From: Longimicrobium sp. | Lineage (GTDB): Bacteria; Gemmatimonadota; Gemmatimonadetes; Longimicrobiales; Longimicrobiaceae | Direction of reading: 5' to 3' | Length of the DNA stretch: 64,000 bases | Assembly (NCBI GenBank): GCA_036377595.1 | Contig: DASUYB010000175.1 | Coordinates: forward strand, 21,191-85,190 | Shown: piece after piece, positions 1-9,789 of the stretch | Layout: each line of letters opens with the position of its first letter | Position numbering within the stretch: position 1 is the stretch's first letter | Notes under the pieces: generated by a model | Told to the model about the DNA's origin: nothing | The model's database searches: none | What the model saw: the letters and a program-made list of their open reading frames with translations, nothing else | Position numbers and translations under genes: made by a program

Positions 1-1478
1 AGGACGGCGCGCGCCCGCACCGGGTCGGCGCCGGGGCCGGCCAGGCGGTACTGCGCGGCGGAGAGCGGCCCGAACGCCACCTTGAAGGCGGCGCGCGGGT
101 CGCGCAGGAACAGCTTCCGCAGCGGCGGCCGGCAGCCGATCTCGTGCGCCGTCGACTCCGAGAAGCGGAAGAGGTCGGCCATGGTCGGCAGCCGCTCGGC
201 GTCGTGCCCGTACTGCCTGCGGTCGAGCTCGGCGTGCAGGCGGATGTCGTCGTGCATCTCGTCCAGCGACGGCAGCGGCTTCCCGCCGGAGATCAGCAGC
301 GCCAGGTAGCGCGCCTGCATCTCCGAGCACGCCGGCACCCCGCCGATCCCCGGGCGCACCAGGCCGATCCAGGAGATGGAGGTGCCCAGCTCGGGGATCA
401 TCATCCGCCGGTAGAGCGAGCGGGCGTTGCACGCGCGGCGCGCCAGCTCGGGCTCGTGCTCCTCGAGGAACGAGAACTGGGGGGTGAAGCCGGTGCAGCA
501 GACGATCAGGTCGCACTCGAACTCCGTCCCGTCGGCGAACACCACGCGGTCGCGGCGCAGCTCGGCCACGCCGGGGCGCCACTCCGCGCCGTGGTAGACC
601 ATCGCCTTCACGAAGGCGGTGCTCTTGGTGCCGAAGCGGGTGAACGGCGTGCCGCCCCTCGCCCGGTTGATCTCCGCCACCTTTCCCAGGACCTTGCGGT
701 CGGCGTCGGCCGGAAGGAGCGCGTCCTCGACCTTCACCTTGAAGCGCACGATCGGCTTGTGCACCACCGAGCGCGGCAGGCCGTGGTAGCAGCGGTTGCT
801 GTCGGTGTCGGCGGGAAGGCCGCGGTAGTAGCGGGGGATGATGTATCCCGGCCCGTTGCGGGTGGAGATGGCGCAGGCGCGGCCGGCCCGCGCCGCCATC
901 AGCGCCATGTCCGAGCCGCTCTCGCCCATCCCCACCACCAGCACGCGCTTGCCGGCGAAGGTGCTCTCGTCGTGCACGTCGCCCGAGTGGACGATGCGCC
1001 CGTCGAAGCCCGCCGGGTCGGCCCACGCGGGGAACTGCGGCTTCACGTTCGAGCCGGTGGCCACGACCACGTGGTCGAACGCGTGCTCCGTCTCCTGCTC
1101 CGGAGAGCCGACCGGCGCCACGCGCATCCGCCACCCGCCGTCAGGCGCGCGGCGGACCGACTTCACCATGGTGGAGAAGTGGAAGTGCGGGGCGAGATCG
1201 TAGCGCTCCGCGAACTCGCGCAGGTACTGGAGATACTCGTCGCACTGCCAGAGGACGGGGCGGTCCAGGTCGCGGTCGCGGATGTACGAGCCGAAGCTGG
1301 TGATCAGGCTGCTGGAGGTCAGCTGCAGCCCCGCGTAGGCGTCGGCGAACACGCCGCCCAGCGTGGGCCGCGCGTCGAAGGCCACCACCTCGTGCCCGGT
1401 CTCCTTCAGCTCCTTGACCGCCACCAGCCCCGCCGGCCCGGCGCCGATCACGCCGATGCGCTTGCGGCCGCTCGTCAT
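1..1478 (-). CDS. Class B flavin-containing monooxygenase (FMO-like); the C-terminus lies beyond the left window edge
   Basis: Absent from the ORF track because it runs off the edge. Manual translation from the ATG at 1478-1476 gives MTSGRKRIGVIGAGPAGL (GxGxxG FAD site), FDGRIVHSGD (FxGxxxH FMO motif) and FAGKRVLVVGMGESGSD (second NADPH GxGxxG, about nt 910-959). The frame stays open down to nt 2. The start lies 8 nt after the upstream stop at 1487. Confidence 0.8.
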   Translation of the reverse strand, partial: MTSGRKRIGVIGAGPAGLVAVKELKETGHEVVAFDARPTLGGVFADAYAGLQLTSSSLITSFGSYIRDRDLDRPVLWQCDEYLQYLREFAERYDLAPHFHFSTMVKSVRRAPDGGWRMRVAPVGSPEQETEHAFDHVVVATGSNVKPQFPAWADPAGFDGRIVHSGDVHDESTFAGKRVLVVGMGESGSDMALMAARAGRACAISTRNGPGYIIPRYYRGLPADTDSNRCYHGLPRSVVHKPIVRFKVKVEDALLPADADRKVLGKVAEINRARGGTPFTRFGTKSTAFVKAMVYHGAEWRPGVAELRRDRVVFADGTEFECDLIVCCTGFTPQFSFLEEHEPELARRACNARSLYRRMMIPELGTSISWIGLVRPGIGGVPACSEMQARYLALLISGGKPLPSLDEMHDDIRLHAELDRRQYGHDAERLPTMADLFRFSESTAHEIGCRPPLRKLFLRDPRAAFKVAFGPLSAAQYRLAGPGADPVRARAV

Positions 1479-1486
1479 CGCGCCGC

Positions 1487-3289
1487 TCACGCGTCGCTCC
1501 GCTGCGCGGCGGCCGCGCGCACCTGCGCCGCGAACTCGGCGGACTTCAGCAGCGGCGACCAGGAGACGAGCTCGTCGGGGCGGCGGTGGGTGCCGCGCTC
1601 GAGGTTGCCGTACATGTCGGAGGGATCGGACTGCAGCAGGAGATGCCCGGCCACGATGCTGTGCGCGGGAAGGGGCGCCCCGGCCGCCGCGGCCTCCTCG
1701 GAGTCGAAGCGATAGATCAGGAAGGGGTCGCCCCCGATGTGCGCGAACATCCCCGAGCGCGCGCCCGGCGGCAGCGTCTCGCGGTAGGCGGAGCGGCGCA
1801 CGTGCACCTGCACCCCGCGCTCGCGCAGCGCGGTCACGAACTCACCCAGCGAGGCGCGGTCCAGCGCGCGGCCCATGGAGACGCGCGCGGCCGCCCTGTC
1901 GAGCGACGCCCGCAGCGCGGGATCCTCGACCAGCTTCGACCAGGCCACCGCGTCGCCGCGGATGCGGCGCGTGTTGGTCCAGTCGGCCCAGAGCGGGGGA
2001 TTGGAGGCCAGCACCACCGGCCCGGCCTGCAGCGCGTGCTGCATCCACAGCAGCTGGTCGGCGGCCACGCTCTCGTCGGTGAAGAGGAAGACGCGGAACG
2101 GCTCGCCGTTCAGCTGCACCTCGCACCCGCAGAACGCCTCCTGCGGCAGCTCCAGCGAGTACATCCGGCGCGTGGGCTCCACCGAATAGCCGTCGCCGCG
2201 CAGCGCGCCGAGCACGGGGGCCAGCGCGCCCACGTCCACCGCCACCGGCTCGGGCGCGCGCACCACCTCGACGCCGGGAACGAAGCAGATCAGCGAGTGC
2301 CACTTGTTGGTCATGGTGGGCGCCGGCCGCAGCCGCCGCCCCGCCAGCGGCCCGGAGACGGCCAGCCCGTCCACGCGGAACTCCGACCCGGTCTCACGGT
2401 CGATGAAGCGGCCGCCGCGAAGCTCCAGCTCCACCGCCGTCTCCGGCTCGTCGTCCAGGAAGGGGTGGAAGGTGCCGGTCATCGCGCTGTCGGCGCCGGC
2501 GGAGAGGGTGACCAGCGGGTTGCCGGCCACGTCCGAGGCGATCAGCCCGCCGGCCCGCGCCAGCTCGCGCAGCGGCAGCGCCGCGTGGCCGTCGGGGGTG
2601 AACAGGCTCACCACCATGTCGTGCTCGGGAAGACGCTCGTCCTCGCGCACCGACATGGTCTTCAGCACCAGCGGCTCGATCCCGGGCTGCGCGAACCAGG
2701 CGTCGGTGCCGTGGCCGTGGCGCGCGTCGGGGTGCGACGCGGGCTCGGGCCAGGTCATCACCACGGTGTCGGGATGGAGCGCCACCCACTCGGCGTACGT
2801 GGCCTGGAAGCTCTCCACCCGCTCCAGCCCGCGGCCGGCCAGCGGGCCGTCGAAGGCCACGCCCATCCCGTGGCTCCACAGGCTCTTCGTCTGCTCGTCG
2901 AAGATCGACAGGGTGCCGCCGAACAGCCCGCCCGTGCCGAAGGTCACCCGGGCGCCGTCCATCTCGGCCAGGAACACCGCGTTCGAGCAGCAGATCTCGC
3001 AGTGCATCACCGCGTGCCACTGGCCGCCGATGGTGTCGTTCACCACGTGCACGTTGTCGAGCATGTACGCGGGGTAGCAGCGCACCTCGCCGCCCACGCG
3101 CACGCCCACGACCCAGTCGTCGGGGCGCATGAAGCCCGCGTCGGCGGCGGGAACGAAGACCGGGTCGGTCAGGACCGGGAAGGTGTCGTGCGCCACGCGG
3201 TAGGCCAGCGCCGGGTCCGCGTCGTCGAGGAACCGGTCGCAGCGGACCGCGGGGATCGTCATCATGTCGTCGGCCACGGGCTCGTCCAT
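1487..3289 (-). CDS. DUF3179-family protein with a ~250-aa C-terminal extension made of two tandem ~115-aa repeats
   Basis: 600-aa ORF with an ATG start. The N-terminal ~340 aa fit the DUF3179 pattern: ...VVGVRVGGEVRCYPAYMLDNVHVVNDTIGGQWHAVMHCEICCSNAVF...TFGTGGLFGGTLSIFDEQTKSLWSH...W..LHPDTVVM. In the C-terminal part, ALRGDGYSV..R.Y.LELP...NGEPFRVFLFTDESVAA is repeated as ALRERGVQV..R.Y.ETLP...GGDPFLIYRFDSEEAAA. Confidence 0.75.
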   Translation of the reverse strand: MDEPVADDMMTIPAVRCDRFLDDADPALAYRVAHDTFPVLTDPVFVPAADAGFMRPDDWVVGVRVGGEVRCYPAYMLDNVHVVNDTIGGQWHAVMHCEICCSNAVFLAEMDGARVTFGTGGLFGGTLSIFDEQTKSLWSHGMGVAFDGPLAGRGLERVESFQATYAEWVALHPDTVVMTWPEPASHPDARHGHGTDAWFAQPGIEPLVLKTMSVREDERLPEHDMVVSLFTPDGHAALPLRELARAGGLIASDVAGNPLVTLSAGADSAMTGTFHPFLDDEPETAVELELRGGRFIDRETGSEFRVDGLAVSGPLAGRRLRPAPTMTNKWHSLICFVPGVEVVRAPEPVAVDVGALAPVLGALRGDGYSVEPTRRMYSLELPQEAFCGCEVQLNGEPFRVFLFTDESVAADQLLWMQHALQAGPVVLASNPPLWADWTNTRRIRGDAVAWSKLVEDPALRASLDRAAARVSMGRALDRASLGEFVTALRERGVQVHVRRSAYRETLPPGARSGMFAHIGGDPFLIYRFDSEEAAAAGAPLPAHSIVAGHLLLQSDPSDMYGNLERGTHRRPDELVSWSPLLKSAEFAAQVRAAAAQRSDA

Positions 3290-3434
3290 CCCTTCCGGAG
3301 GTGAATCACGTCTGCGTGCGATGTCTTCGTGGATCGTCCCGATCCCCGCGCGGGGCGGAGACGAGGATCATCGGAGCGGGGCATCCTCGTCCGCCCGGCC
3401 GTGAAGCAGGGCAGACGAGGGATCGCTCCAGGGC

Positions 3435-5168
3435 TCAGGCGGCCGCCGCGGTCTCCAGCGGCTCCGGCGTCTCGGCCGGTGCGGCGGCCATCTCCTCGAG
3501 CGGCCGGTCGCGGGTCTCGACCCCGCTGAGCGTCAGCATGAGCATGGAGAGGAACACCGGCACCGCGGCGATCAGCGCGATGGCGGCGAACCCGGGCCAG
3601 CGCGCCAGCACCAGCACCACCAGCGGCGGCGCCAGGATCCCCCCGGCCTTGCTGCACCCCGCGGCGAAGCCGCTGCCGGTGCCGCGCAGCCGGGTCGGAT
3701 AGACCTCGGCCGTGTAGGGCGAGAGCATGGAGATGATCCCCCCGCTCCCCACCAGCAGCGCCACCATCAGCGGCATCAGCAGGGCGGTTCCCGCGCCGCG
3801 CGAGCCGGGGTCGACCAGGGCGAAGAGAAGGAGGGTGATGCCGGTGAGCGCCGCGAAGAGCGACATGGTCTTGCGGCTGCTCCAGTAGCCGTACAGCCAG
3901 GCGACCAGGATGGTGGCGGGGACGGCGATCAGGGCCGACCAGAAGAGCATGCGGCTGGCGCCGGCGGCGTCGAGGCCGCGGTCGCGCAGGATGGTGGGGG
4001 TGAAGGTGATGAACCCCCAGTTCACCAGGCTCCAGCCGAAGGCGTAGGAGCCCACCGACAGCGTCCGCAGCCGGTGCTCCGGGCGGAAGAGGGCCAGCAG
4101 GAGCGAGCCGCCCTTCGGCGCGTGGGCCGGCGCGGGGACCGGCGCCGGCTTCTCGGCCGGCTTCGGCGACGCCCCCTCGGCCGGACGGCGGTCCAGCACC
4201 ACGCCGTAGCGCGCCAGCACCGACGCCGCCTCGTCGACCCGGCCGTGCTCCAGCAGGAAGCGCGGCGACTCGGGGATCCAGCGGTTCAGCACCAGCAGCA
4301 GCAGCCCGGTCGGCAGGCCGGCGAACCAGAGGATGCGCCAGCTGAAGTGGGGCTCGAGCAGGGCGGCCAGGCCGGCGGCCAGCAGGTACCCCGCCACGGT
4401 GCCCAGCCCGCCGTGCAGCACCACCAGCCAGCCCCGCTTCTTCGCCGGCATCGACTCGGTCATCAGGGCGTACACGATGGGCAGCATCCCGCCCGCCGAG
4501 GTGCCCATCATGAAGCACATGAACAGGTTCCACTGGAACGACGGCATGAAGCCGCAGATCGAGGTGGCCATGAACAGGAGCGAGGCCAGCAGGATCGACG
4601 CGCGCCGGCCGATGCGGTCGGCCAGCACCCCCCACAGGAGCGAGCCGAGCACCGTGCCGGTGAGCGCCGTCATGGGGAAGTAGGCCACCTGGCCGATGGT
4701 GATCCCGTACTCGGCCTTCATCCCGGGCACCACGAACCCCAGCGTGGCCGGCTTCATCACGTCCACCACCAGGGCGATGCCCAGCACGAACAGGAGCCCC
4801 CAGTGGGCCCCGGTCAGCGGCGCGTCGTCCATGGTGCGGTAGGCCACCGGCGACGAGGTGGCGGCCGCGGGCCGCCGCAGGCCGCCGGCGGGGATCAGCC
4901 CGTACGCGGTGAGCGCCAGCCCGCCCACGATCAGCGCCATGCCGGCCAGCATCAGCCCCGACATGGGCATCCCCGCCATGTGGAAATGCATGTGGCGGGC
5001 GCCGACGAACTCCGGCAGGTGCGCCATCACGCCGGCGGCGACGCAGGCCACGCCCGCCCAGAAGGCGCCGGCGTGGCGGTAGGTGATCCCCGTGCCGTGC
5101 TTCGCCTCGGCGGGAGCGGCAGCCGCGTTCGCCCGGATGTCGGTGGGGACGGGGGAAGCGGCGCGCAT
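3435..5168 (-). CDS. MFS transporter
   Basis: Many hydrophobic helices and an MFS motif-A-like GVLADRIGRR. I place the start at the ATG at 5168-5166 (MRAASPV...) rather than the track's 5288. That ATG overlaps the mbtH stop as ATGA, and the longer N-terminus would overlap mbtH in another frame. Confidence 0.8.
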   Translation of the reverse strand: MRAASPVPTDIRANAAAAPAEAKHGTGITYRHAGAFWAGVACVAAGVMAHLPEFVGARHMHFHMAGMPMSGLMLAGMALIVGGLALTAYGLIPAGGLRRPAAATSSPVAYRTMDDAPLTGAHWGLLFVLGIALVVDVMKPATLGFVVPGMKAEYGITIGQVAYFPMTALTGTVLGSLLWGVLADRIGRRASILLASLLFMATSICGFMPSFQWNLFMCFMMGTSAGGMLPIVYALMTESMPAKKRGWLVVLHGGLGTVAGYLLAAGLAALLEPHFSWRILWFAGLPTGLLLLVLNRWIPESPRFLLEHGRVDEAASVLARYGVVLDRRPAEGASPKPAEKPAPVPAPAHAPKGGSLLLALFRPEHRLRTLSVGSYAFGWSLVNWGFITFTPTILRDRGLDAAGASRMLFWSALIAVPATILVAWLYGYWSSRKTMSLFAALTGITLLLFALVDPGSRGAGTALLMPLMVALLVGSGGIISMLSPYTAEVYPTRLRGTGSGFAAGCSKAGGILAPPLVVLVLARWPGFAAIALIAAVPVFLSMLMLTLSGVETRDRPLEEMAAAPAETPEPLETAAAA

Positions 5169-5389
5169 CACGCCGCCGCGGCGCCGGCGGCGCCCGTCCG
5201 CAGGCTCAGGGGACGCATGTCGGTCCAGACCTCCTTCACGTAGGCCAGGCACTCGTCCTTCGAGCCGGGGGTGCCCACGGCCCGCCACCCCAGGGGGATC
5301 TCGCGGTCCGCCAGCCAGATCGAGTACTGCTCCTCGTGGTTCACGAGGACGATGTACGTGCGGGTATCCTCGAACGTCTCCGTCGACAT
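5168..5389 (-). CDS. mbtH: MbtH-like protein (NRPS adenylation-domain chaperone)
   Basis: 73 aa: [60 protein letters not shown]. This carries the hallmark N-x-E-x-QYS-x-W and W..V...S..ECL.Y....WTDMRP signature. A GGAG lies 9 nt upstream of the ATG. Confidence 0.93.
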   Translation of the reverse strand: MSTETFEDTRTYIVLVNHEEQYSIWLADREIPLGWRAVGTPGSKDECLAYVKEVWTDMRPLSLRTGAAGAAAA

Positions 5390-6148
5390 GCGGGCTTTCT
5401 CCAGCAGGGTGGGAAGCTGAGTCGCGGCCCCGGTGCCCCGACTGCGCCGTGTGAGCGTATTACAAACAGGCGCTTACTGACAGTTTGTCTCGCCGCACCT
5501 CTCCATCCCCGATTTTCCCTGCCGCAGCGCGGGATCGTCGGGCCGTGGAGATGCGCGTCGAGCGAGGTGAAATCCCGTGCACACCGCACGGGGATGCGAA
5601 GCCGGGAGCGCCGGCCCGCGACCGTCCCTGCAGGACGAACGAGGTGCCGCGGCGGCCTGGGCGGCGAGCGCCCGGAGCCGTCGGAGCTTCGCTTCGCGGC
5701 CGCGCACCGTTGCGCCAATTCGGCGCGATGCGACAGCACGCGTGAGTATCTTCTTGTTTACGCGCGATTGGAGCGCATCCGGCCAACGCTACGCCGCGCC
5801 TCCAGGCGCGGGACCCGACTGCGCGGCCGGTGCATCGCGACACCGCCGGGAGAGAGAGGTGGAGGCATCTCGCCATCGCGGCGAGCGTTGCGGAGAAACA
5901 TCAGTTCCCCGCGGCCTGCACCTAGACCCGGCATGCCAAGATATTTCGCGCAACAACGCCATCCTGTCAAGGCGCCGACAGGTAGAAGAATGTCGCCGTA
6001 GGTGACTGCGCCTTCTATAGATACGCTCACTCCAGCACCTTTCCCGGCACGGAGCGGCGCGTGCGCTGGGGAAATCCGTCCAACCCGTCCGAGCGCGGTT
6101 TTCCGCCCCGTTCTGCCGCGGACGTCGCCGGTCGCAAACGCGGCGGCC

Positions 6149-6181
6149 GGCACACGGGCGCGTGCTCCTCGCCCGTGTGCC
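6149..6181 (-). terminator. GC-rich hairpin downstream of the ABC ATPase gene; candidate intrinsic terminator without a clear U-tract
   Basis: Perfect 12-bp inverted repeat GGCACACGGGCG / CGCCCGTGTGCC with a 9-nt loop. It lies about 67 nt past the stop at 6248 on the transcribed strand. No T-run follows it. Confidence 0.3.
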
Positions 6182-6247
6182 ATCCGTGGCCGAATCAGAT
6201 CTGTCTCCGCGTGTGACCGCGACCGGATACGCCGCGGTGGGATCTCG

Positions 6248-6979
<732 letters not shown>

Positions 6980-7027
6980 GAAACCTCGTCTGCAGTCGGG
7001 GGAAACACCGGGAGTAGGTGCTCAGAA

Positions 7028-7195
7028 AGTTCTGAGTTCTGAGTCCTAAGTCCTAAGTCCTAAGTCCTAAGTCCTAAGTCCTAAGTCCTAAGTCCTAAGT
7101 CCTAAGTCCTAAGTCCTAAGTCCTGAGTCCTGAGTCCTAAGTCCTAAGTGACAGATAACTAACCACTTAGGACTTAGGACTCAGGACTTAGGACT
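7028..7195. repeat. Heptamer palindromic element, copy 1: a 17-unit tandem array of AGTCCTA-type heptamers, a 13-nt loop, and a 4-unit inverted arm
   Basis: 7028-7146 holds 2x AGTTCTG, 11x AGTCCTA, 2x AGTCCTG and 2x AGTCCTA, followed by AGTG. The loop ACAGATAACTAAC is at 7151-7163. The right arm CAC(TTAGGAC)n is at 7164-7195. The element fills the gap between the permease stop (7202) and the ATPase start (6979). Confidence 0.95.
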
Positions 7196-7201
7196 ATCTG
7201 T

Positions 7202-9658
7202 TCAGATGCCCTCCTTCAGGGCCACGGTCGGCTCGATCCGGAGCGCGTTGAGCGCGGGGGCGCCGCAGGAGACGACGCCCATCAGCAGCATCGACGCGAG
7301 CACCGACAGCATCAGCATGGGGTCGAAGTGCGACCCCGGGATGCGGGTGAAGAGGAAGATCGAGATCAGCGCCCCGATCCCCGCGCCCAGCCCCAGCTGC
7401 ACCACGGCGCGCGAGAACACCGAGGTCAGCACGTTGCGCGGGCTGGCGCCGAGGGCGCGGTAGATGCCGATCTCGCGCTTGCGCTGGGTGACGGTGAACG
7501 ACATCAGCGCGAAGGTCACCGCCGCGGACAGGGCCACGATGAAGAAGCACACGCCCACCATCAGCAGCGCGAAGGCGCGGTCCATCCGCAGCTCGGTGTC
7601 GCTGCGCTGGTCGAGGCGGCGCGTGTCGTAGACCAGGAAGCTCTTGTCCACCTGCCCCGCGATGGCGCGGAAGCGCTCGGCCGCGTCGGTGGCGCCGCCC
7701 TCCAGGCGGATGGCCATGAACCCGGACTGCATCTCCTCCGGCTTCGCCAGCTGGTAGAGCCCCGCGGCCTTGTCGGGCCGCAGCGGGTTCATCCCCAGGT
7801 CGGGCACCACGCCCACGATCTCCAGCCAGGGCCCGGGCTCCTTGCTTCCCGACGCGGCGAAGCGGATCTGCCGGCCCACCGCGTTGCGGCCGCCGAGGAC
7901 CGCCTGCACGAACGGCTGGTTGACCACGATCACCCCCTGCCCCGAGGCCGCGTCGGTGGCGCGGAAGCCGCGGCCGGCCAGGATCGGCGTCTTGAAGGTC
8001 TCGAAGAACTCCGAGCCGACGGAGGCCACGCGCACGCGCTGCACCTCGCCCGCGGCCGCGTTCCCCTCTCCCTTCACCTCCACCAGCTGGGGGAAGTGGG
8101 TCGAGCCGGGGAGCTGCCGCGCGAAGGTGGCGGCGGCGAAGCCGGGCTCGGCCAGCAGGCGCTGCTGCAGCGCCCGGTGCCGCTCCTCCATCTGGGCGGT
8201 GGACTCCGCGGCCTTCGTCTCGCCGCCTTCCACCCCCACGGGACCCTCGGTGCCGTAGCTGACGGTGAGGTATTCCTGCGGACGGATCCCCGGGTAGGCG
8301 GGGTCGGACCAGTTCAGCCCCAGCGTCCACGACAGGGCGATGGGCATCAGCGCGCCCGAGAGCGCCACCTGGGCCACGATGACGCCCGTCGACATCCGCC
8401 GCGAGCGCAGCCCGGCGCCGCCCGCCGCGCTCCGCCGCAGGCTGGCCTCGATGCTCCCGCGGGTGAACTTGAGGCCGGGGATCACGCCCATGAACACGGC
8501 GCCGACCACCGCCAGCGTCACCACGTAGAGGATCGTGGTCAGGTTGAGCCCCGAGTCGCGCCAGAAGGGGGCGGCGGTGCCCAGGGTGCGCCAGAAGAAG
8601 TCCTCGCCGTTGCGCAGCCCCCAGCTCACCACGGTCAGGGCGATGGCCGCGCCGATGGAGGTCAGCAGCAGCGCCTCGACGAACAGCTGGGTGACGATGC
8701 GGCCGCGGCTGGCGCCCAGCGCGGTGCGCACCGAGAACTCCTTCTCGCGCGTGACGATGCGGGCGAAGACCAGCGCGCCCACGTTGGCGCAGATCACCGC
8801 CAGCAGCATCATGAACACGGCGTTCACGCCCATCCGGGCCGAGCTCTCCACCGGGTCGGGGGTGAACTGCTCGAGGTAGGGCTGGATGCGGGGGCGCAGC
8901 CGCTCGTTGCTCTGCGGGAACTCCGAGGCCAGGCGCGCGCCCAGCACCGTCAGCTCGGCCTGCGCCTTCTCCAGCGTGTAGCCGGGCTTCAGCCGGGCGA
9001 TGGTGCCGATGGCCGGGCCCTGGCGGCGCGGGAAGTCGAGCGCGTTCTCGCGGAAGGGGATCCAGACCTCCTGGTTCACCGGGAGCGCGAACGCCTTCGG
9101 CATCACCCCCACCACCGTGTACTGCTGCGACCCCACCTCCAGCGACTTGCCCACGATGGCGGGGTCGCGGCCGAAGCGGCGCTCCCACATCCGCTCGCCG
9201 ATCACTACCACCGGGGCGGCGCCGGGCAGCTCGTCGCCCGCCACCAGCGGCCGCCCGCGGAGCGCGGGGATGCGCGCCAGGCGGAAGGCCGCCGGGCCGA
9301 TCTCCACCACCTCTTCCGGCTCGGCCAGGCCGCCCGCGGGGCCCACGTTGCGCGTGTAGGTGCTGAACGCCGCCAGGTCCTGCACCCCCCTGAGCCCCTC
9401 GCGCCACGCCGTGAAGTCGTGCAGCGAGCGGGGCTCGGGCGCGTTGGTGGCCATGTCCTGGTCGTGGATCTCCACCACCTGCCCGCCGTCGTTCAGCGGG
9501 AGCGTGGGATAGAGGAGGTCGTTCACGATCTCGAAGTAGACCGCGCCGGCCCCGATGGCGAAAGCGGTGGACAGCACCGCGATCAGCGTCAGGAACGGAT
9601 ACCTCGTCAGCATCCGCAGGCTCAGCTTGAGGTCCAGCCACGACGACGAAAGGTTCAT
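7202..9658 (-). CDS. Duplicated FtsX/MacB-type ABC permease (resembles the duplicated orphan permease, ADOP, architecture)
   Basis: Two FtsX-like membrane modules are present: ...REKEFSVRTALGASRGRIVTQLFVEALLL... and ...QRKREIGIYRALGASPRNVLTSVFSRAVVQLGLG.... Each is preceded by a TM helix and a large extracytoplasmic region. I place the start at the ATG at 9658 (MNLSSSWLDLKLSLRMLTRYPFLT...). The track's 9751 start adds an Arg/Pro-rich N-terminus that looks non-coding. Confidence 0.85.
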   Translation of the reverse strand: MNLSSSWLDLKLSLRMLTRYPFLTLIAVLSTAFAIGAGAVYFEIVNDLLYPTLPLNDGGQVVEIHDQDMATNAPEPRSLHDFTAWREGLRGVQDLAAFSTYTRNVGPAGGLAEPEEVVEIGPAAFRLARIPALRGRPLVAGDELPGAAPVVVIGERMWERRFGRDPAIVGKSLEVGSQQYTVVGVMPKAFALPVNQEVWIPFRENALDFPRRQGPAIGTIARLKPGYTLEKAQAELTVLGARLASEFPQSNERLRPRIQPYLEQFTPDPVESSARMGVNAVFMMLLAVICANVGALVFARIVTREKEFSVRTALGASRGRIVTQLFVEALLLTSIGAAIALTVVSWGLRNGEDFFWRTLGTAAPFWRDSGLNLTTILYVVTLAVVGAVFMGVIPGLKFTRGSIEASLRRSAAGGAGLRSRRMSTGVIVAQVALSGALMPIALSWTLGLNWSDPAYPGIRPQEYLTVSYGTEGPVGVEGGETKAAESTAQMEERHRALQQRLLAEPGFAAATFARQLPGSTHFPQLVEVKGEGNAAAGEVQRVRVASVGSEFFETFKTPILAGRGFRATDAASGQGVIVVNQPFVQAVLGGRNAVGRQIRFAASGSKEPGPWLEIVGVVPDLGMNPLRPDKAAGLYQLAKPEEMQSGFMAIRLEGGATDAAERFRAIAGQVDKSFLVYDTRRLDQRSDTELRMDRAFALLMVGVCFFIVALSAAVTFALMSFTVTQRKREIGIYRALGASPRNVLTSVFSRAVVQLGLGAGIGALISIFLFTRIPGSHFDPMLMLSVLASMLLMGVVSCGAPALNALRIEPTVALKEGI

Positions 9659-9766
9659 CTCGACACGCTCACGACTCAGGGGTTCGCGCGCACGTCCGTG
9701 CGGCGGTATCCAGGGCTTCGATGTGATGCCGGAAGGCGAGGTCCGTGCCACGTTGCGATGCGTTAA

Positions 9767-9789
9767 AAATCGTTGTGTCGCAACGATTT
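9767..9789 (-). terminator. AT-rich 9-bp palindrome with a T-run on the transcribed strand; candidate terminator of the NRPS-B/fkbH unit, or an operator for the ABC genes
   Basis: AAATCGTTG-tgtcg-CAACGATTT. The minus strand reads AAATCGTTGcgacaCAACGATTTTTAACG. It lies about 160 nt after the fkbH stop (9949) and about 110 nt before the permease ATG (9658). The stem is short and weak. Confidence 0.3.

Noticed and set aside
5451-6030. A 10-bp inverted repeat, GTGAGCGTAT (5451-5460) and ATACGCTCAC (6021-6030), as possible MITE termini bracketing ~580 bp of the non-coding gap.
   Set aside because: The match does not extend beyond 10 bp. No target-site duplication is evident. A match of this length within an 860-bp region is not far from chance expectation.
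7028-7195. The heptamer arrays as a CRISPR array.
   Set aside because: The units are 7 nt long and directly abutting, with no spacers. No cas genes are present in the window. The structure is a microsatellite plus an inverted repeat, not repeat-spacer architecture.
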